From positions 372,001 to 436,000 of the forward strand of contig NW_003314271.1 of assembly GCF_000143415.4 (NCBI RefSeq): a stretch of 64,000 nucleotides of DNA, read 5' to 3'. Each line of letters opens with the position of its first letter. The first letter of the stretch is position 1. Origin of the DNA: Selaginella moellendorffii. Lineage: Eukaryota; Plantae; Lycopodiophyta. The notes below the pieces were generated by a model, which had not been told where the DNA came from, searched no databases, and was given only the letters and a program-made list of their open reading frames with translations. Made by a program: the position numbers and the translations under genes. Below, piece after piece: positions 50,120 through 63,225 of the stretch.

Positions 50120-51085
50120 CCACTTGGGTGGCACACTTGTTCAGAAGTTCAAGCTGGTGATACTTGAAGGGCTCCACTCTGTTGCCTATGAGATGCAAAT
50201 AGAGCTGTAAGTTATGCAGTGCCTGATTCTCAGGTTTGTGCTTCAGATAAGTCAAGCCTGTGTGGACAACTTCCAGCACCACCCCAACGTGAGATACGTA
50301 GCCCAGAGTGCTTCCCGGAAGCTTGGTAACCACATCCAAGGGATTAACCACGGTGAGGACTCGGAGGCTCTGCAACCTTTCTGCCGCCACCTTGAACGCA
50401 TGGTTGCCACCTTGACGACCACCTAGGGCAAGTGCGGTCACCGGGATCAGCTTACCATTGGGACATGTCGTAGGCACACAGGATTGCGAGCGAAGCTCCA
50501 AAACTATGCCCGGCCACAGTGATGCTCAATTTTTCATCAATGAGGCTCCTGAGCGTGGAAACTATCTGATCACGGGCACAGAGGTGTTTCCAAACTCCTC
50601 GCCTGGATAAGAACGAGTGTAAAGTGTGGATACATGGTCGGACACCAATACGGGCGACGAGCTTCCGGCCGCCACTGCTAGTTTCACTGTATTCAGCCGA
50701 GGGAGGGGCAAGAGCGAGTCGATCTCCGACCATTCCCGAGTGAGCTCCATGCCCCGAAACGCAGGGAGGATGTCTCTTCGTCCCAGCCTCAAGCTTTCTT
50801 CATCATGGCCAGGTAGCCAGACCTGGCCATATGATCTGTATCTTTGGTGCTGCCATAGATGTACTTGTGTATCGTGTAGCCGGTGTTGCCCATCTGGAGC
50901 TTGTGGAATAGCTGTGACTTGCCATGAATGCACAGGCCATACCAGCGAGATGCTTGACTTCGTTGAATCCATCCACCACGCATTAGATGTGCTGGCCGTA
51001 GCGGATCAGCTCCTGGCAGAGAGTTTCGTCCATGGGATTCCCAAGCATGCCTTTCCAGAATGTCTGGCTTTGGACTATCCATTTC
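50120..51085 (-). pseudogene. Class-3 lipase pseudogene, inverted paralogue of the 63226 gene
   Basis: 'QTFWKGMLGNPMDETLCQELIRYGQ', 'SITVAGHSFGASLA', 'VVNPLDVVTKLPG', 'HNLQLYLH'. Several frameshifts and deletions. Confidence 0.88.
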
Positions 51086-51377
51086 CCTGTTAGAGATGGT
51101 GCCGAGAAATGAAGAGACAAAGACTTCGAGTATGATAGTACTTTTAGGTTTGCCAAATTGCCATGTCCGTATTCGATCGAAAAGCTGAAGGTATGCCCAC
51201 TGTCAGTGCAGCGGGCGAGAAGCTTTAGTCCATGCTTCCTGCTGGACAAGCTTCTTTTGTTCGTACATCATGGCAGAAAAACTTTTGAAAACGTTTAAAG
51301 AACTTACAGAAATTCGGCAGGTCTAGGCTATTGGGAACAAAAAAGAATAAAGAATAAAAAAACTAAAAGAAAGATCG

Positions 51378-51596
51378 AGCTGCAAAGGCATCCAAGCATC
51401 CAGAGTGCGTTCATGACTTTTTGTCATGGGTCCTTGAGTTTGCATAGGGCAGAAGTTGGTGTGCCAAAGTTGCCATTGCTACTCTCCAACTTTGCATTTA
51501 GTCCTGCTTCGAGTTACAAGCACAGCCCCAGGATGCACGTTATCATCGACGCACCTCGAGGCATCCAGCTGGTTGTCCACAAACTCAGCGAATGAT
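51378..51596 (+). pseudogene. 3'-terminal remnant of the P450 gene, inverted
   Basis: Degenerate match to the last exon of 60833..62568, ending 'SPRMHVIIDAPRGIQLVVHKLSE*'. Confidence 0.88.
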
Positions 51597-52735
51597 AAAA
51601 CACTGCTGGAACGTTCTTGTTTACTCTCGAGAAAGACAATCAATGAGGGAACACATAAACGTACTGCTAGAAGTTAAATGAAGAAATTCGACCAAGCGTG
51701 CGTAAACTGCAGGAGTGACTACAGCTCTCTTAAGATGCTCACAAGGTGTAAATTAGCTATTTCCAGGTTACAGCTCAAAAGGTAGTTTCTCGTATTGACA
51801 TGGCTGCAAGTAATAATTTCTTGTCACACGAGCATCTCATGACCAGCTCTGTTCAAAAGGTTAAATGGTTCGCCAGGGGTAACTTCTGCAGAAAAATCAC
51901 AGTGACGTTTCTCCACAAATGCTTCTACAAATCGTTGTACTTAAATGTCATTTCGAACTTCTTGCCTTCCACCCCAGTGTCGTCATGAGTAGCCCTATCA
52001 CCTTTGTCGCGAGCCTGATACCAGCGTCAATGACTAACACCAACAAGTGACCCGTTTGTGTACCGATAAGCTGAATGTACCATAATCCATGAGATATCCA
52101 ACTATCCTTGAAGAGCTAAACAAATCATAATTAATTAAAACGACATAAAAACATGTTCAGGAAATGGTGGATCAAGGTACTCACATCTGAAGAAACTGTA
52201 TGCATCAGTTTCGAGTAAGCCATGGAGTGCACCCATTAACTATATTACATTTATATATTTACTGTGTATATTTATATATTTACAATATGAAGATGACCGA
52301 TCTGTTCTGTTTAGCTGCAAGAGGAAGAACAACCATGAAAACATACAAAGAAAAAGTTTTCGACTTACATGCCATAGGATTGGAGAGAGCAGCGGGGCGA
52401 TGGGAGCTGGACCAATTCTTGTAACCACAGGTTCTAATATTTCTCAATTGTGTTTGCGCTCTTCTTTCACTCTTAGTACGGGATTGATCAAAATACACGA
52501 ATATTTTGAATCTATTCAACGTAACCTTCAAATATTTTTTATCTGGCATACCTTGGCACGTGATGGAACAATAACTTGACCAAAATACATGAACATTTTG
52601 AATATAACCTTCAAATATTCAAGAATACCTTGGCACGTGATGGAACAATAAACTAAGTCCAGACTTGTCTTGTTTGTGCTGGCACGAAAGGTCAGTCACT
52701 ACTCAGCATCAAAGCTAAGCAGGAACGTTTCAAGC

Positions 52736-53694
52736 ATGAACCAGCAGGTCAATGGCGTCGTCCTCCCTCCGAGGATCCACTACCGCCGCGTTGCCGCTAG
52801 CGCCGCCCCCGGCACCACCACCACCACCAAGCCCAGCAAGTTTGACTACGATCTCTATGTCAAGACCAAGCGCGAGGCCGTGTCCATCTCCCTCCACTCG
52901 GTTTTCTCCCCGCCGCTCAAGCAGCCCGAGACGCTCAAGATGCACGAGGCAGTGCGCTACGCGGTGGGCGGCGGGCGGCGGACGTGCCCCATCGCTTGCA
53001 TCGAGGCGTGCGAGCTGGTGGGAGGCACCTAGGACGACGCCATGCCGGGAGCCTGCGCGCTTGAGATGATCAAGGCCAGCTTCTGCGTCCAGGACGATCT
53101 CCCGTCCATCGACGACTCGGAGCTCCGCCACGGCAAGCCCACCGTCCACCGCGCGTTTGGCATCCCCACGGCGCTCTTTGCGAGCACCGCGCTGCTCGCG
53201 CTCGGCTTCGAGCACCTGGCGGCGCGGGCGAGGATGGTGGCGGAGGTGAGCCGGGCTATCGGGTCAACGGGTCTGCTGGCCGGTCAAGAACCCGGACCGC
53301 GCGGTGGAGCTGGAGACGCTCGGCCTCGAGCAGCGCCGACGTCTTGTGGAGGTGGACGAACCGGGGCCATTGCTGGTGGCGCGAGCGAGCAGGAGATTGA
53401 GGCGCTGAGAGCGTATGGACGGGTGACCGGGCTTCTCTACCAGATCATGGATGATGTCACGGATGCTACCAAGACAATGGAGGAGCTCGGGAAGATCCCG
53501 GCCAGGACGCGATGGCGGGCTTAACGAGGATCCATTGGAGAGCAAGTCTAGCTCCAATAGCGTATATCAAAGCCATCTTGGGCGTGGACAAGTCGAGGGA
53601 GATGGTTGGGCAGCTCTTGGTGGAGGCCAAGGAACGATTGGGTGTGTTCGAGGAGACCAAGGCACTGCCTCTGATCCGCCGATCACTTTGCTAA
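52736..53694 (+). pseudogene. GGPPS-like pseudogene
   Basis: CAG>TAG at 53030-53032, plus internal deletions, frameshifts and a foreign insert near 53520. Confidence 0.92.
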
Positions 53695-53811
53695 TTAGGC
53701 TGTTTTTGGAGACTATATTACTATTGTTGTTGTTGTTGTCGTTATTATTATTATTATTATTATTATTAAGTTTAAGTTTAGCACAACAATAATAAAATCA
53801 ACTGGAAATAA

Positions 53812-55870
53812 TCATTTGGAGCTCAGAAGTAGTGTGGCTTTTTTCTGGATAGTTTCCCAAGCCTTAATAACATGCTTGGCCTCAGTTAAAGTACCTCCAA
53901 CGGCCATTCGCAACAAAAAATCTCCTGAGAGCACCTGTTTTTCAGGTGTTTAGATCATTACATGGTGGCATGATTCATTTAGAAACTTACTGTATGTGTA
54001 ATGAATGTTGTTTCATTTGAATTCACTGCGTGGAGTAAATTTTCATTGAGAGCATTTACAGAACTGGCCTCAATTGCTTTGAGTCTGAAGCAAACAAGTC
54101 CAAATCTGCAAGGCACTAAAACCTGCAATACAAACTATTTTGTTATACTGAATTCAAATTAAAGAAGTTGAATTTCACGAACCTCGAAACGTTTGTCTTC
54201 ACTGACTTTTCTCTCGAAAAGCCTAGCTAGGCAAGCATGGTGTATGATATAGTTTTTAAGTTTGGAGGAGCCATAAAGTCGCATGACAAGCCACAACTTC
54301 AGAGATCTAGAAAAATACAAACCAATTAGATATGTGCCAACAATTAAAACATAAACAAAGCAACAACCTGAATCTTTTGCCAAGTGATACTTGCCAGTCC
54401 TTGAAATCCACCACTTCCCCCGCCTCAGATGCCTGTACTAAATAAACAAAATTACAATTAACTAATATTTACTCCACACCTTGTTACGAAGATATTCTGA
54501 CTGGACCGAAAGCGTTGAAGTCAAGGTTCTTGCATTCTTTAATATAACACAATATACTTTAGTAAGAAGTTGGAATGACTTAGCAACAATACCTTAACCC
54601 ATAATACAGAGCAATCTAGATTTGTCAAGAGCCATTTGTGAGTTCCAACATTGAGTGAATCAGCCTTCTCGATGCCATCCAAGAAATGCCTATACTCGGG
54701 GCATATGCACGCACTGCCTCCGTATGCGGCATCTACGTGAAACCACATTCCATATTCCTGGCAAATGGATCAATTATCAAAGCAAGCAACAAGCAAACAA
54801 AGTTGGAAATGCCAGATTACCTGAGCAATTTCACCAAGGTCTAGCAATGGATCTACAGCGGCGGAAGACGTGGTACCAAGCTGCAATAAGAGCGTTATGT
54901 AAGGATGCAGAAGACCCACGTATCACAGTACCGTGGCACCCAGATACAGTGGTATGACATCGTCCCCGCCTTCCTCAATAGCTCCACGCAAGAGAGCAGG
55001 CGAGAGCGCGTAGTTTGTTTCCTTGGTTGTGGGCAGCACCACCAGCTTGATGCCCGCAATCTTACAGGCCTTGTGCAAGCACATGTGAGTCTGATCCGAC
55101 GTGTACGCTCGGAGTCTGCGCACCACGTCTTCCTCTACAAGCCCATTTGGCGTGTGCTTCGAAATGGCTCGACTCCGGGCGGCACACAGTGTGACGAGCA
55201 TTCCCTCGGTCGCTGAGCCTTGGATGACGCCCCCGCCTTCGCCTAGAGAGTAAAACAAGCAATACGTAAAGCGAGACTTGGCAGTGTGTGATAGACCTGA
55301 TGATCCCGAGAGGAAGGAGTCTGGCAGCTCGAGAAGCTTTCCCAGCCAGTTTACGACAATAATCTCCAGCTCCGTGGCCGCGGGTGAGGCGATCCAGCTG
55401 AAGTTGACGGTATTGAAGCCGGAGATGAGGATCTCGGCTAGAATGCCGGCGGTGCTACTGTTTGCCGGATAGTAGCTGAAGAAGCTCGGGCTCTGCCAGT
55501 GCGTGAGGCCGGGAATGATGATGTTGCTCACATCTAAACAGCCACATTGCCAGATTTCATGAGAGATTCGATGATATAGACGGGAGTACCAACCAGCAAG
55601 AATGTCATCGAAGGACTCTGGATCTTGAGGTGCAAATGCGGGGATTAAATCATTCAAGTATCCTGGCTGCACACAGTAGTACAAGTGAGTAGTGACGAGG
55701 GAGGAGGAACAGGAGAGAAACGTGAAACATACACTAACTTGGCTTCTGACCGGAAACTTCTCAATGTGGCGATAGTAGTCGGCCACAAAATCCACCATTC
55801 GGTGGGCATGCTCCCGAAACTCCTCAGAGTCCATCAACTTGAGGCCGGGTGGTGGTGCCGATTCGCCCAT
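53812..55870 (-). CDS. Divergent aromatic amino acid decarboxylase AADC2b (appears intact)
   Basis: Same exons and motifs as AADC2a. Stop TGA at 53812-14. Confidence 0.9.
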
Positions 55871-56029
55871 CTCTGAGCTCTCGGGCTATGGCTCCTCAAT
55901 CAATAATCTTCCTCCCACGTTTTCTATCTGGATCGTATGTTTAGTAAGAGAGTTTCTTTAATCTTTGGCAAGTTTCTTTTACTACCTAGGTATATTTCTA
56001 AATTCTATCAAGTCTTGGTGAGAGTGGCA

Positions 56030-57238
56030 ATGGCTGTGGACAACCAGGAGCTTGAAGTGTTTTACGATGAAGGATGTGTGGTGTATGAAGCAGTGTGGGG
56101 TGAGCATATGCATTCGGGTTACTTCGATGCTGGCAACACTCGCGACTTTCGAGCGGCACAAATCCGAATGCTCGAGGAGCTCTTGGCCTGGGCAGGAGTA
56201 CCGGGTAAGCATTTCAATCGCTCCGAGACACACCCTTTTACAATGTGTGCATCTAGACGACGAGCAAAGCCGGCCAAGGAACATTCTGGATGTGGGCTGT
56301 GGATTTGGAGGAACATCTCGGTATCTATCCAATAAGTACTCCGCGAATGTCACAGGAATAGCATTGAGTAAGTACGAGATTGGCAGAGCTAGAGCCATTG
56401 CAAAGGCAGAGGGTGTTTGTGACAAGGTATTGCTCTACCATCGCACAAATCAAAAGCATCTTCTTGGTTCATTCAGGTGGCATTTCAAGTGGCAGATGCT
56501 TTGAGTCTGCCCTTCGAAGACAACCAGTATGATCTGGTTTGGTGCATGGAGTGTGCCGATCATATTGCAGATAAACTCAAGGTAAAACACTCTCATAGAG
56601 TTTGAGCTTCATATGTTACTATTTCTTCGTCTGAGCAGCTAATGCAAGAGATGACGCGTGTGGCCAAGCCCGGAGGCTGGGTTGTGCTCACAGGATGGTG
56701 TCACCGAGAGTTTACCCATGGCGAAACTTCACTCAAGAAGCATGAGCTGGTCATAGATTTAATCAAGACTGAAAACGTGAGTTAAATTATATTTTAATAT
56801 ATGTGATTTGTGTTTGCAGAAGATCCTGGACAAAGTCCGTGCAGCATATCTTCTTCCACCTTGGTGCCAGACATCTGATTACAAAGTTATAGCAATCGAC
56901 GCGGGTTTGCAAGTGTGTGCTGTAATCTCAATATAATATTTAGAGTTTACTGTGATTAATGTTGCCAGGGGGTAAAAGTGGAAGACTGGACACGGCACAT
57001 GCTTCCGTTTTGGGGTCTGCTCACTGCAGAGATCTTTACCTTGAGAGGCGCATTCAAGATTTTGACATCAGGTAATACAAAACTTTCACAAGAGTCTTAC
57101 CTCTCTAATGAGTAAACAGGATGGGCACATCTTCGTGCAAGTATATCCTTGGCATATCACTTCTCCTACATGGACAAAGGATTCAAGACTGGCGTTTTCA
57201 AGTATGCTGTGGTTATGGGAAAGAAAGATAAGAAGTAG
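56030..57238 (+). CDS. gamma-TMT-like methyltransferase, type A copy 2
   Basis: No difference from 46599..47807 seen by eye. Confidence 0.88.
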
Positions 57239-57368
57239 TTCCAGTAGCAGGAGACTTGCCTCCTTTATTATCTGTTTTGATTCATAAAGGTCGAACAATT
57301 GACACAGCAAATCATCAATAATAATTCATTATTTCTTACACTGGATCGCCAGCGTCTTTGTTCTTGCA

Positions 57369-58173
57369 ATGGCCAGCGAGATCGAAGAGATTTATGATGA
57401 GGGATGCGTGGTGTACGAGGCCGTGTGGGGCGAGCATATGCACTCGGGCTACTTTGAGGCGGGCAAGCCTGGGGACTTTCGAGTGGCACAAGTCCGAATG
57501 ATCGAGGAGGTCCTCTCTTGGGCCGGAGTACCAAGTAAGCTTCCCTCTCTATTCTATTACAATCTCCTAGATGATGAGCAAAGCCGGCCTCGAGACATAC
57601 TGGACGTGGGCTGCGGTTTTGGGGGAACTTCTCGATATCTGTCCAAGAAGTACTCGGCAAATGTGAAAGGAATAGCACTGAGCGATTACGAGATCGCCAG
57701 CTCCATTGCTCCTGTTTTTCTTTCTATTTTAATATATGTGATTTGTGTTTGCAGAAGATCCTAGACAAAGTCCGTGCAGCATATCTTCTTCCACCTTGGT
57801 GCCAGACATCTGAATACAAAGTTGTAGCAATCGACTCGGGTTTGCAGGTGTGTGTTATAATTTCAATATATTATCTAGAATTTATTGTGATTAATGTTGC
57901 CAGGGGGTAAAAGTGGAAGACTGGACACAGCACATGCTTCCGTTTTGGGGTCTGCTCACTGCAGAAATCTTTACCTTGAGAGGCGCATTCAAGATTTTGA
58001 CATCAGGTAATACAAAACTTTTGCAAGAGTCTTACCTCTCTAATGAGTAAACAGGATGGGCACATCTTCGTGCAAGTATATCCTTGGCATATCACTTCTC
58101 CTACATGGACAAAGGATTCAAGACTGGCATTTTCAAGTATGCTGTGGTCATGGGAAAGAAAGGTAAGAATTAG
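57369..58173 (+). pseudogene. Chimeric methyltransferase: truncated type-C 5' part fused to a diverged type-A 3' half
   Basis: Junction near 57727. Exons 3-4 are missing and the last three exons are A-like, ending GKKGKN*. Confidence 0.8.
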
Positions 58174-58386
58174 TTCCAGTAGCAAGAGACTTGCCTCCTA
58201 ACTCCAAACTTATTCTCTGTTGTGATTCATAAAGGTCGATCACAGGTGACAATTGACAAAGCAATAATTTAATCATCAATAATAATTCATGATTTCTTAC
58301 ACTAGGAAGGAATTTTAGCGTGAGTCCTAGCCGCGGGGGAGGATCTTGCGGCAGTTCCCGTAAGCGCCAGTGTCTGTGTTCTTGCA

Positions 58387-59598
58387 ATGGCCAGCGAGAT
58401 TGAAGAGTTTTATGATGAGGGATGCGTGGTGTACGAGGCCGTGTGGGGCGAGCATATGCACTCGGGCTACTTTGAGGCGGGCAAGCCTGGGGACTTTCGA
58501 GTGGCACAAGTCCGAATGATCGAGGAGGTCCTCTCTTGGGCCGGAGTACCAAGTAAGCTTTTGATCATGGTATCCCTCTCTATTCTATTACAATCTCCTA
58601 GATGATGAGCAAAGCCGGCCTCGAGACATACTGGACGTGGGCTGCGGTTTTGGGGGAACTTCTCGATATCTGTCCAAGAAGTACTCGGCAAATGTGAAAG
58701 GAATAGCACTGAGCGATTACGAGATCGCCAGAGCCAAAGCCATCGCGAGGGCGGAAGGAGTTTCAGACAAGGTAGATTCCACTCCGTTGTTTGGGGCTGT
58801 TTCTAACACTTAACGAACAGGTGACGTTCCAAGTAGCAAATGCACTGAATCAACCGTTCGAAGACGGCCAGTTTGATCTCGTCTGGTGCATGGAATGCGC
58901 AGTGCACATTGAGGACAAACTCAAGGTAGAAGAATTCATAATCTTTTCATCTGGGTTTGTTTAAATCCCGCACGCGATTGCAGCTTGTGCAAGAGATGGC
59001 ACGCGTGACCAAGCCCGGAGGTCGGGTGGTGCTTGTGAGCTGGTGCCACAGAGAACTGAAGCCTGGAGAAACTTCACTCAAGAAGGATGAGCAAGTAAGC
59101 GAAGTTCCTAGATATTTCTTGATCCCTTAAAAAGATTGTCATAACATATGGCTTCAGGCGCTCTTGGATAAGATCTGTGCTGCTTACTTCTTTCCACCCT
59201 GGTGCGCCACTTCAGAGTACGAAACATTAGCATGCAATGCGGGTTTGCAAGTAAGACTTCGGGTTCTTCATCGACTCTATGGCTGATCTTATGTATTATC
59301 TGATCTGTAGGAAGTAAAGGTGGAAGATTGGACTCGACACATGCTTCCATTCTGGGGAATGCTCACGGGCCAGCTCTTTACATTGGGAGGTGCATTCAAG
59401 CTCCTGACATCAGGTAAGTAAAGATCTTGTTACGTGTCGCAGCTTTAGTTTCTCGTTTTTATTTCTTGCTTTCCAGGGTGGGCACATATGCGGACAAGTC
59501 TGTCATTGGCTTACCACTTCTTCTACATGGACAAAGGCTTCAAGAATGGCACCTTCAAGTATGCCGTGGTGGTGGGAAAGAAAGAGCTGTTATCATAA
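58387..59598 (+). CDS. gamma-TMT-like methyltransferase, type C (7 exons, intact, no transit peptide)
   Basis: 'MASEIEEFYDEGCVVYEAVWGEHMHSGYF', 'LDVGCGFGG', 'FQVANALNQPFEDGQFDLVWCME', 'RVTKPGGRVVLVSWCHR', 'LLDKICAAYFFPPWC'. Stop TAA at 59596-98. Confidence 0.9.
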
Positions 59599-60832
59599 GG
59601 GAGCATTGGATTCCCCATTGCTTCTGTTTTTCTCCAAATTTATGAAGGTATGCAATCCACTTGGAGCATGGAATCAGTTAACCAATTAGTTACTTTTCAC
59701 GTCCATCGCCCACCTTCTCCATCTCCCTGCGGAACCATATCATTCTTGAAGTATCTTACCATCCCCACCGGTGTCGTGTTAACCTTGTTCTTGTTAGATG
59801 GTAAAAAACTTACTACTATGTAAAACTTATATAAACATGAAGTTAACATTTGAAATAGTCCGAGATGGCTTGTCACCCGTTGCTCGTCAAGCTCGGACGA
59901 CGACGTACACCAGCGAGATGCAAAGCAGACGTAGAGACACGTCGCCAGCAGCCCCATGCTCGACTTCAACGCACACGACCTCCCGGACCTCATGGGAGCC
60001 TGGAGCGACAGGCCCTGCTCCTCCAGGCACTCTGTCCCTCCTTCCCCAATGACAACTGACGACACCACCCTCACTAAAGAACGACGTCTCTTATAATTCC
60101 TTTATTTTTTGTTTAAAAAAGCGTGTATAGCCCGCAAGAGCACATGCTCCTGCGGGCTAAAGAAGACTATATACGCATGATCTATCTATGTATTTATCTT
60201 GCGGCCCACGAGCATCTCATGAACCAACTCGAATATGAATAAATACATATACTTGACCAACTTCAATAAAAACCATTTTCAATGGCATCTGTCACTCAGG
60301 TATGATACCCCATTCCCTTTCATACACTATAATTACGAATACCCCCAGCTGGGAGCTGCAAGACTCAATATATTCATTCTTTCATATATTGTTTACATGG
60401 TTTTGAAGCAAGAGACCAAAAGATTTAGAAATGAATTTCAACAATGCATTGCTCAATATAGATTAAGTATAGTATTCTATAACTACAAATATCACCTGTA
60501 TTATTAAAGTCATATAAGAATAAAATCTTTTATAAGACCTGTTTGACCAAAAGGATTAAAATACATATAATATCTAACCCCATGAGATGCTCGTGGGACA
60601 AGAAATTAAAGACTACCTTAAAAAAGGTTTTGTGCTGTAACCTGGAAATAAGAGAGCTGTAGTCACTCCTGCAGTTTACGCACGCTCGGTAGAATTTCTT
60701 CACTTTGACATTCACAACACTGAGCAAATCAACCGCAAGGTATGGACAACTTCTAGCAATACGTTTATGTATTCCCTCATTGATTGTCTTTCTCGAGAGT
60801 AAACAAGCTGAGAACGTTCCAGCTGTGTTTTA

Positions 60833-62568
60833 CTATTCGCTGAGTTTGTGGACAACCAGTTGGATGCCTCGAGGTGCGTCGATGATAACGTGCATCCTGG
60901 GGCTGTGCCTGTAACTCGAAGCAGGACTAAATGCAAAGTTGGAGAGCAGCGTAGCAATGGCAACTTTGGCCTCTAACAACGCCAACGTCTGCCCTATGCA
61001 AACCCGAGGACCCATGACAAAAGGCATGTACGCACTCGGGTGCTTGGATGCCTTTGCAGCTCCTTGCGAAAAGCGCTCCGGGTTGAACTCATTTGCATCG
61101 GCTCCCCACAGCTCTGGGTCGTGGTGGAGCCAGAGAAGTGGAATGGTGACTTGCGTGCCCTCAGGAACTTTGATCCCTCCCAAAACCGTGTCTTTGGAGG
61201 CTACTCTCTGGACTTCAGAGATTGCTGGATAGAGCCTCAGTGTCTCGTAAAGAATCATCCCCACCTATAAGTTGAACTTTAAAGAGCATTCGAAAAGGCT
61301 GTGAGAAACCTACCAGCTTGAGCTTGTCAAGAGCGCCAACCTGGGAGTTCTCCTTGAAGTGTTCTTGGACCTCGGCTCGGGCTCGGTTTTGCCAGTCGGG
61401 GTTGAGGGCGAGCATAAAAAGAGTCCACCCGAGTAAGCTGCCGGTTGTTTCGTGCCCGGCAAGGAAGAACGTCTTGCATTCGTCCACCACCACCTTGTCA
61501 CTGAATCCTGCAGACTTGTCGCTCTCCTCCAGGATCAAACCAAGCAGATCATCTCCATAGTTGCCGGAGCTTCTTCTCCGTTCATGGATCAAGCTCATCA
61601 CGGTCCTGTCAATCTCTCTCTTCACCTTCCAAATCTTACGATTGAGAGGGCACGGATAGTAACTGGCATTATAGGATTGTGTGTCAGCAGACTTTCGATT
61701 GGTGGAAAATGCATACCTGAAGAGTGGAAGCCAAAAGTAGCTCTGGGCCTCGAGTGCTAAATCACCCAGCACTGTGAGCCCACGAAAGACTTGCTCACCT
61801 TTTTCATAGTTGGCACCAAAGGCAACGTGAGAAATGAGGTCTGCGGCGAGCTTCTTCAAGTCGTGCGCCACTTCTAGCTCGGCTTGTCCGTGAGGAACAC
61901 AAGTTTTCCATTTGGCGACCAGTTTCTCAGAACACGCTCGAATCCTTGCATACATTGCCTAGAAATGGAATCCGTGATCTCTATCTAGATTGCAGAGAAA
62001 ACAAGTCAAATCTATGCCTACCTTCAACTTGAGCGTATGAAATGCTGGAGAAAGCACATTTCTCCGCTGAGACCATTCCTGGCCGCCTTCCAGCCCGAGG
62101 ACTCCATGGCCTACAACGTCAATCACGACCTGAACTTGATCGCTCGACTTGGGGAAGTTTTCAAACTGCCTGGACAGGATCTCGCGAGCACAGTCGGGAT
62201 CGAAGAATGTGACATCGGGAACATCCAGGGACCTTGTCAAGTATGGCTTTCCTGCGGCACATTTTCTCTGTAGAGAGGGAAGTCTGTATAGAAAGCACGG
62301 CCTTACCATACTTGGACGACCACAAGACAACTTCGGGCGTGACATGAGCGACAATGTCGTGACAGGTTTCCATCACCTTGCCCTGGTTCTCAATCCTCAT
62401 CTGGTATTGCTGGCCACTGTTGCCAGCCAAGAACTTGGGCGGCGGTCCCTTGAGCCCCTGCTGCTTTAGTATCCCCTCTATTCTCCTCGAGCGCCTCCAT
62501 GGTCGCGCAAGCCTCCAGAGCAGCGCCGCGCAAATGCCCACCACACCAAGCACAAGCAACGCAGCCAT
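60833..62568 (-). CDS. Cytochrome P450, CYP72 clan (5 exons, appears intact)
   Basis: N-terminal anchor, 'QGLKGPPPKFLAGN', 'DECKTFFLAGHETT', 'ETLRLYP', 'HHDPELWGADANEFNPERF', heme motif 'FVMGPRVCIG'. The five-exon layout is typical of the CYP72 clan. Confidence 0.93.
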
Positions 62569-62572
62569 AGAG

Positions 62573-62595
62573 CTCTCTCTCTCTCTCTCTCTCTC
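62573..62595. repeat. (CT/GA)n microsatellite directly upstream of the P450 ATG
   Basis: ctctctctct... run. Confidence 0.85.
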
Positions 62596-63225
62596 CGTTT
62601 CGGCTTAATGCTAGGTTAGCAATGAATCTTGCTCTTAATCCAGCCCCGCATTTGATGCGAGTAGAGCTAAGTTCGCTTGGTTTCTCTCTCTTCTTGATCT
62701 TTCTTTTTTTCTTTTTTGTTCCCAGACAAGGAAGCAGGAGTGTAAGTTCTTTAACCCTTTTCAAAAATGATGTACGAAGAACAAAAGAAGCTTGTCCATG
62801 GACCAAAGTTTCTGGCCCGCTACGAGGACGAACTCGCTCGCGAGGGGTGCACACAAACCAAGAGACAGAGGGACGTGCCCACGAAGCCAACAAGAGGCTC
62901 GAAAAGGTGATCAGTTTCTTTCTAGCCATCTACGTGACCGGGGGTGTGTCCGAGCTCGGCCCTGAAGGTTCAATTCTAGTAGAAATATTTCGAAGGTCCG
63001 GCGTCTGAAGCATTCCCATCGGATGACTGTTGTCTCCCGCACCACAATGGCTCTTAAGCTGCGATCGAATGCCCGACCTTTTGCCACGACGCTCTTCTTT
63101 TCAAAGCATGGCAAACTCTGAAAAGCAACACGTCCTGAATTATTGTTTAATTTACATTAGGTACTCGAGCAAGAAAATTCAACCCTGCTTTAGATCGATA
63201 CCTAGATCTAGGTGGCTTGGATACA

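Larger units (their letters stand above)
52424..57727. repeat. Tandem segmental duplication, copy 2
   Basis: Collinear with 43035-48297. Confidence 0.95.

Noticed and set aside
60128-60159. 32-nt hairpin tagcccgca...tgcgggcta as a Helitron 3' end
   Set aside because: It is not followed by CTRR on either strand, and no matching 5' end was found.
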